A stretch of 64,000 nucleotides of DNA from positions 4,896,001 to 4,960,000 of the forward strand of contig OZ244561.1 in NCBI GenBank assembly GCA_965217585.1. Direction: 5' to 3'. This stretch comes from Candidatus Latescibacterota bacterium (GTDB taxonomy: Bacteria; Latescibacterota; UBA2968; UBA8231). The notes beneath the pieces were generated by a model, which ran no database searches, had not been told where the DNA came from, and saw only the letters and a list, made by a program, of their open reading frames with translations. Shown in pieces: positions 58,981 through 64,000 of the stretch. The position numbers and the translations under genes were made by a program. How positions within the stretch are numbered: position 1 is the stretch's first letter; each line of letters begins with the position of its first letter.

Positions 58981-59363
58981 GCGAACAGGATGTGCAGATC
59001 ATTGAGAAGAACGGCGAGCCAGAATACGCCGTCGTCCCAATTGAGAAGTACCGTCGCATGGTCGCCGCGCTTGAGGACGCGGCCGATTCTGCGGCTATCG
59101 AGCGAGCATGGGCCGAGGACGCAGCCGGCGAGACGATTCCGGGCGAAGTCGTAAAGGCCATTCTCGCTGGCGAATCGCCCTTGCGTGTGTGGCGGAAGCA
59201 CCGCGCATTCACGCTGGACGCGCTAGCCGAACGAGTGGGAGTCTCAAAAGGGTATTTGTCGCAGATTGAGAACGGACAGAAGCCCGGGACGCTCGGCCTA
59301 TTCCGCCGACTCGCGGGCGTGCTCAATGTGGCGCTGGACGAGCTAGCACACCCAACGAGCTAA
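58977..59363 (+). CDS. XRE HTH antitoxin
   Basis: GEPEYAVVP, PLRVWRKHR...LAERVGVSKGYLSQIENG. Confidence 0.88.
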   Translation: MSEQDVQIIEKNGEPEYAVVPIEKYRRMVAALEDAADSAAIERAWAEDAAGETIPGEVVKAILAGESPLRVWRKHRAFTLDALAERVGVSKGYLSQIENGQKPGTLGLFRRLAGVLNVALDELAHPTS

Positions 59364-59569
59364 TGAAACCCAACATGAAGACGCCACAGATGGACCCGAT
59401 CATAGCTGAAGTCCGGGCTATACGAGACCAACACACGGCCCGATTTGGTTACGACGTCAAAGCAATTTTCAGAGACATTCAAGCCAAGCAACAGGCTTCT
59501 GGCCGCCAGTACGTCCGCTATCCCGCTCGCCGCACAGCCCCTGAGTCAGAAGTTCAGGCGACCCGGTGA
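59363..59569 (+). CDS. Small hypothetical protein
   Basis: DPIIAEVRAIRDQHTARFGYDVKAIF; coupled to the upstream stop. Confidence 0.7.
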   Translation: MKPNMKTPQMDPIIAEVRAIRDQHTARFGYDVKAIFRDIQAKQQASGRQYVRYPARRTAPESEVQATR

Positions 59570-59666
59570 GGCCGGCTGGGCCAAGGCCGCTATCTTTCTG
59601 ATAGGACGCATGGGATAAAGCAACGATAACTACAGCAGCTTCTTCCTTGGTTTGAGCCGGATATCT

Positions 59667-60098
59667 TCAGAACGCTTCGGGAAGTAAGGTAAAGCCTTCT
59701 CGATAGCCCACGTCACACAGGCGTTGATCAAACGACACAAAGCCCTGTCCTGTTGTAAGCCCCTGACACCATAGGATGGCGGCGGCTAGTTGCAATGCAT
59801 CCGCTGCCCGCAACGGATGAACAGCTAGTAACCGCTCGGCTGTACTGCGCAACGCCTCACTCGGCTGCATCTCAGCCCAAGTTTGCATCAGGGTGTGCAA
59901 TACGTGGCGAGCGGCGCGTTCGTCAGTGGGTGCCAAGCTGCCCTCTCGTACCTGACGCATCAGGGCAGAAATACACTCGGTGCGTGTGCCCCACCACACG
60001 ACCATGGACGGATCCTCGGCGAGAATCTCTCGTACCGTGGCCGAGTTAGGCTCTTGCACACACAACGGCACCACAGCCGACGTATCCCAGAATTTCAC
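59667..60098 (-). CDS. vapC: VapC PIN toxin
   Basis: FWDTSAVVPL, LRAADALQLAAA, SFDQRL. Confidence 0.92.
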   Translation of the reverse strand: MKFWDTSAVVPLCVQEPNSATVREILAEDPSMVVWWGTRTECISALMRQVREGSLAPTDERAARHVLHTLMQTWAEMQPSEALRSTAERLLAVHPLRAADALQLAAAILWCQGLTTGQGFVSFDQRLCDVGYREGFTLLPEAF

Positions 60099-60385
60099 CG
60101 GCCTTCCTCCCGCTCGCGCAAGACTGCTGAACGCACGGTTGCTTGGGGGTCAGCAGGACGCGGCAGATCCCAAAAATCATCGGGTAAAGGCTTCTCTCCA
60201 CGCTTGAGGAGCCCCTTTTCTTCAAGGTCTCTCAAGTGCTCAGGGAAGGGCACAGGACTGGAGAGGGGCAGCAAGCGCGCAATGGGACGGCCATGCTCGG
60301 TAATTACTACTTCTTCACCGGCTTTGACTTGACGCAAATAGGCGCTCAACGACATTTTGAGTTGTGATACCGTTGTAGTCTGCAT
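60095..60385 (-). CDS. Phd/YefM antitoxin
   Basis: LKMSLSAYLRQVKAGEEVVITEHGRPIARL. Confidence 0.92.
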   Translation of the reverse strand: MQTTTVSQLKMSLSAYLRQVKAGEEVVITEHGRPIARLLPLSSPVPFPEHLRDLEEKGLLKRGEKPLPDDFWDLPRPADPQATVRSAVLREREEGR

Positions 60386-60499
60386 GGAGTATCCTTTCTG
60401 GTTAATAACTTTAGACCAATATAGTCAAATTATATCGTCGATCAATTATCGCACAGTATATCAAAGCTTTATTCCAAGGTACTGGATCAAGGCGATAGC

Positions 60500-61429
60500 T
60501 TATATCGCTTGCCCCGTGGTAGAATTGACGCGGCGAAAGATGTGGATGAGTCGGTCGCGCGTCTGTTGCGTCAGTGGTGGGCGGGCGAAAGACGCGAGGT
60601 TGGCGTCGAGGTGGTCGGCGTTGCCTGTGCCGGAGAGGACGACGTGGACGCCAGGCTCGTCGCGGCAGAAGCGGTAGGCGGCATCGGGTAGCGATGGGGC
60701 CTCGGCCAGCAGGAAGTCGGGGAAGGCGTCGAGGTCGGCGGGGTCGAGTTCCCCTTTTTCGACGAGCGCGGCGGTGAATGCGCGCAGATTGTCGGGGTGG
60801 CCAAGTGCCTTGCGGACGGCGAACATGATTTGGATGCCAACGTTTTGCGCGATGGCTTGCGCGAAGACATTGGCGCGGGCGGTCTGGTTGAGCAGATTGA
60901 AGCCGACCATCAGGACATCCCACAGGTCGTCGGCCAGAGCCTGCTGGAGCATGGTGTGTTCGAAGTCCTCGTTGAACATCTCGCTGAGGCCGACAAAGCG
61001 GATTTTGCCCTGCTGCTGCGCCTTTTGCAGAGCGGGGTAAATGTCGTTGACGAGATAGCGGTAGTCTTGGGGCACGACGCCGTGGAGGTTGTAGAGGTCG
61101 ATGTAGTCGGTGCCTAGGTGCTTTAGGCTCTCGTCGAGGCTGGCTCGCAAGGCGTCGGGTGTGACCTGCTCGTGGCGGGTAGATTTTTTGGTCGAGAGGA
61201 TTACGGAGGTGCGGTCGCGGCCCTGTAGGGCTTGGCCGATGATGGATTCAGTGCCATAGCCTTCGGCCGTATCGACGAAGTTGACGCCGCGATCTAAGGC
61301 GCGGCGGATGAGATCGGCGGATTGGGCGTCGGTTAGGCCGATGTTGCGCCCAAGTCGGCTGTGGCCGCCAGCACCTAAGCCCATGCGCGCGACGGTTAGG
61401 TTGGTGCGGCCTAAGATGGTGGTTTGCAT
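60500..61429 (-). CDS. Aldo/keto reductase
   Basis: LGRTNL, DTAEGYG, STK, LGTDYIDLYNLH, GKIRFVGLS. Confidence 0.93.
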   Translation of the reverse strand: MQTTILGRTNLTVARMGLGAGGHSRLGRNIGLTDAQSADLIRRALDRGVNFVDTAEGYGTESIIGQALQGRDRTSVILSTKKSTRHEQVTPDALRASLDESLKHLGTDYIDLYNLHGVVPQDYRYLVNDIYPALQKAQQQGKIRFVGLSEMFNEDFEHTMLQQALADDLWDVLMVGFNLLNQTARANVFAQAIAQNVGIQIMFAVRKALGHPDNLRAFTAALVEKGELDPADLDAFPDFLLAEAPSLPDAAYRFCRDEPGVHVVLSGTGNADHLDANLASFARPPLTQQTRDRLIHIFRRVNSTTGQAI

Positions 61430-61516
61430 GTAGGCTCCGGGGGGTAGCTCAAGGTGGTCGGCGACGCGAAAGATGCTAATATAGATATTCTATTAATCCA
61501 CGAGAATTGGCAGAGT

Positions 61517-61785
61517 ATGAAACTGTCGCCACAGGAAATAGAACAGCAGCATCTCGACGCCGACACGCTGGCCGAGGCAGTGCGCCAAGTGCGGGAAGCA
61601 GGCTTTGTCATTTTGGAGGAAACCATGGATCGGACGTGGTGCGATGCGATACGCGAGGCATGGGACGGTCATTTGGAAAGCCAGACGCCAAGGCAGCCGA
61701 TCCGCTACCGGCGGAAATCATGGACCAGCTATCGGCGCGGGCGCAGCGGATTTTCCGCTTCAATAAGCAAGAAGCGCACGAGTAA
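61517..61785 (+). pseudogene. Collapsed remnant, probably PhyH-type dioxygenase (N- and C-termini only)
   Basis: MKLSPQE...AVRQVREAGFVILE joined out of frame to LPAEIMDQLSARAQRIFRFN. Confidence 0.5.
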
Positions 61786-61804
61786 AACTAAGAAGGCTGC
61801 CCAG

Positions 61805-62434
61805 GTGAAATACATCGCGTTGGCCCTGGCGTTACTCGGCGGCAGCGTCTATGCCGAGGAGGCGGACTCCAGCCGCGTCATTCTCTTTTTTGGCGATAGC
61901 CTGACCGCCGGCTATGGCCTCGACCGCGAACAGGCCTTCCCGGCCTTGGTGCAGGCGCGGATCGATTCGCTCGGCTGGAACTTTGAAGTCTTCAATGCCG
62001 GGCTTAGCGGCGAGACCTCGGCGGGCGGCTTGCGCCGCATCGACTGGCTCTTGCGTCGCCCAATAGATGTCTTCGTCCTCGAATTGGGAGCTAATGACGG
62101 GTTGCGCGGTATTGATCTGCAGGACACTCGCAGCAACCTGCAGCAGATCATCGACCGGGTCAAAGCGAAAGATCCCGCGACCGCCCTTGTTATCGCCGGC
62201 ATGCAGATGCCGCCCAATCTCGGCCCCGAGTACACCGAGGAATTCGCGGGGCTTTTCCCGGGTTTGGCCGAAGAAAATGGCGCGGCGCTGATTCCCTTTC
62301 TCTTAGAAGGCGTGGCCGACCAACCCGAGTTGAACCTGCCCGACGGCAACCACCCGACCGTTGCCGGCCATCGCCTAGTCGCCGAAACCGTCTGGGCGAC
62401 GCTCGGCCCGGTGCTGGAGCGGTTGCGCCGCTAA
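61805..62434 (+). CDS. SGNH/GDSL arylesterase (TesA-like)
   Basis: GDSLTAGYG, GETSAGG, LGANDGLRG, DGNHP. Confidence 0.92.
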   Translation: MKYIALALALLGGSVYAEEADSSRVILFFGDSLTAGYGLDREQAFPALVQARIDSLGWNFEVFNAGLSGETSAGGLRRIDWLLRRPIDVFVLELGANDGLRGIDLQDTRSNLQQIIDRVKAKDPATALVIAGMQMPPNLGPEYTEEFAGLFPGLAEENGAALIPFLLEGVADQPELNLPDGNHPTVAGHRLVAETVWATLGPVLERLRR

Positions 62435-64000
62435 CCGACCGAGCGCAGGACTTCGAGCGGCGGGCTGGAGTGGATACCGCGGCTCGACAGCGCGCCGACG
62501 GCGACGGTCAGCCCGCTGACGAGCCAGAAGGCCACGACCACGGGCAGGTAATCGGGCGCGAAGCCGACTTCGAAGAGATAGCGGCTCAAAGCCCAGACCC
62601 CGCCCAGCGACAGGACCAGACCGGTCGCCGCGGCAAACGATCCCAAAAACAGATATTCGAGTACCATGATTTTGACGACTTGGCGGCGGCTGGCGCCCAG
62701 GGTCTTGAGCAAGACGCTTTCCTGGATGCGCTGATAGCGGCTGCCGGTGATCACGCCGACGAGAACGATCAGGCCGACCGCGACGCTGAAGAAGGCCATA
62801 AAGCGGATCACCAGCGAGACCTTGCCGAGGATATTGTCAACGGTGCTCAAGATGCTGCCGAGGTCGATGACCGAGATATTGGGGAAGCGGCGGACGACAT
62901 CGCGCTGTAGGGCGGCCATCTGCTCGGTGGAGTTGGCGCGGGTGACGAGGACGTGAAATTGCGGTGCGGGCTCGAGGACGCCGGTGGGGAAGACCACCAG
63001 AAAATTGGGCATGACCCGCTGCCAGTCGACCGAGCGCAGGCTACCGACGACGACATCGACGGGTACCCCCTGGACATCGAAGGCTAAGGAGTCGCCGATG
63101 CCGACGTCCAAGGAGGAGGCCACGCCTTCTTCCAAGGAGACGAAAATGGTGTCGCCGGTGCTTTGCCCGCGCCACTGGCCGGCGCTGATCGTTTCGGTGT
63201 CGGTCAGGTGGTCGCGGTAGGTCGAGCGGTACTCGTGGCGCAGGGCCCAGTTGCCGCGGCGGCGATTGCCGGTGGTGTCGCGGCGGATCTCGCGGGCGAG
63301 TCGGCCCTTGACGCTGTGGATGTGCATGGTGACGATGGGGACCTGTTGCAAAAGGGGCAATCCCGCCGCCTCTACTTGCGCGTTTAGCTCCTGGCGCTGG
63401 TCGCTCTGGATATCGAAGAGCACGACGTTGGGCTGCTCGTCGGAGCCGACGCTTTCGATGTGTGCCAGCAGGTTGGTCTGGGCCAGAAAGAGGGTGCTGA
63501 GCAGGAAGGTCCCCAAGCCCAGGCCCAACATCAGCATCGCGGTCTGGTTGTTGGGCCGGTAGAGGTTGGCCAAGCCCTGGCGCCAGATATAGCTCCAGGA
63601 AGAGGGGAAGAAACGCCGAGCGCCATAGGTGATTGCCCGAGCGACGAGACCTAGGAGCGCGAAGGCCAAGCCGACCCCGCTGGCAAAGCCGAGGGCGAGG
63701 GGCCAGCGGCCAGTGAGGCGATAGGCGAAGAGGACGATGGCCAGAGCGATCCCCAGATAGAAGACCCAGCGCAGCGGGCCGCTGTCAGCGGGTTTGGCTT
63801 CTTCAAAGGACGCCCGCAGGGTTAATAGCGGCGAGGTCTTGCGGATGGCCAATAGTGGCAGGGCGGCAAAGAGCAGCGAGAGGCCGAGGCCGAGGCCGAG
63901 ACCTTCCAATAGGGCGAAAGGGTCGAAACTCGGATCGACTTCGAGGGGCAATACGTCGGCGAGGACACCCGGAAGCAAGTAGAGCACCCCGAGCCCGAGC
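62431..64000 (-). CDS. YbbP/FtsX-like ABC permease (5' end outside the window)
   Basis: FDIQSDQ, SLRSVDW...PNF.VVF, LKTLGASRRQV. Confidence 0.9.
   Translation of the reverse strand, partial: LGLGVLYLLPGVLADVLPLEVDPSFDPFALLEGLGLGLGLSLLFAALPLLAIRKTSPLLTLRASFEEAKPADSGPLRWVFYLGIALAIVLFAYRLTGRWPLALGFASGVGLAFALLGLVARAITYGARRFFPSSWSYIWRQGLANLYRPNNQTAMLMLGLGLGTFLLSTLFLAQTNLLAHIESVGSDEQPNVVLFDIQSDQRQELNAQVEAAGLPLLQQVPIVTMHIHSVKGRLAREIRRDTTGNRRRGNWALRHEYRSTYRDHLTDTETISAGQWRGQSTGDTIFVSLEEGVASSLDVGIGDSLAFDVQGVPVDVVVGSLRSVDWQRVMPNFLVVFPTGVLEPAPQFHVLVTRANSTEQMAALQRDVVRRFPNISVIDLGSILSTVDNILGKVSLVIRFMAFFSVAVGLIVLVGVITGSRYQRIQESVLLKTLGASRRQVVKIMVLEYLFLGSFAAATGLVLSLGGVWALSRYLFEVGFAPDYLPVVVAFWLVSGLTVAVGALSSRGIHSSPPLEVLRSVG

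Noticed and set aside
61454-62434. Single 326-aa esterase fusion ORF
   Set aside because: Upstream part is a collapsed remnant of another gene; the esterase signal peptide begins near 61805
1-64000. CRISPR array, tRNA, rRNA, retron or DGR
   Set aside because: No regularly spaced repeats or cloverleaf seen. The RT is a canonical group II maturase, and the 136-bp repeat differences are not adenine-specific as DGR TR/VR pairs require.

Overview
GC-rich bacterial window. The gene families (FlgD/CHU-tailed secreted proteins, C-terminal 'SWxxIKA' motif, many sulfatases, DUF4159) suggest the Latescibacterota/FCB-related group; this is inference only. (1) 1-21 kb: a divergent envelope locus. On the minus strand are a TPR giant, a DUF4159 protein, a TonB-C/AgmX-like lipoprotein and alternating paralogues of discoidin-FlgD proteins and ~900-aa probable outer-membrane proteins. 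On the plus strand is exbB-exbD-exbD, with exbB split by a complete IS701-family element. (2) 21-45 kb: sulfatase and sugar-ABC catabolic genes and toxin-antitoxin (TA) modules, mixed with many internally deleted gene remnants. (3) 45.9-52 kb: a solute-binding-protein/permease fusion gene interrupted by a complete group IIB intron (46857-49779). Its domain II is expanded to ~610 nt and holds an antisense unit (SD, 53-aa hydrophobic ORF, terminator); this is the most novel signal. (4) 52-60.4 kb: a defence island (AAA ATPase, DUF4276, Type IIG/ISP-like restriction-modification (RM) enzyme, HEPN protein, three TA pairs). (5) An aldo/keto reductase, an SGNH esterase and a YbbP-like permease. Host DNA is strikingly rich in CTAG/CTAGG, consistent with 5mC decay at CCWGG. 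No rRNA, tRNA or CRISPR array was seen. All calls are from manual reading; no database searches were run.
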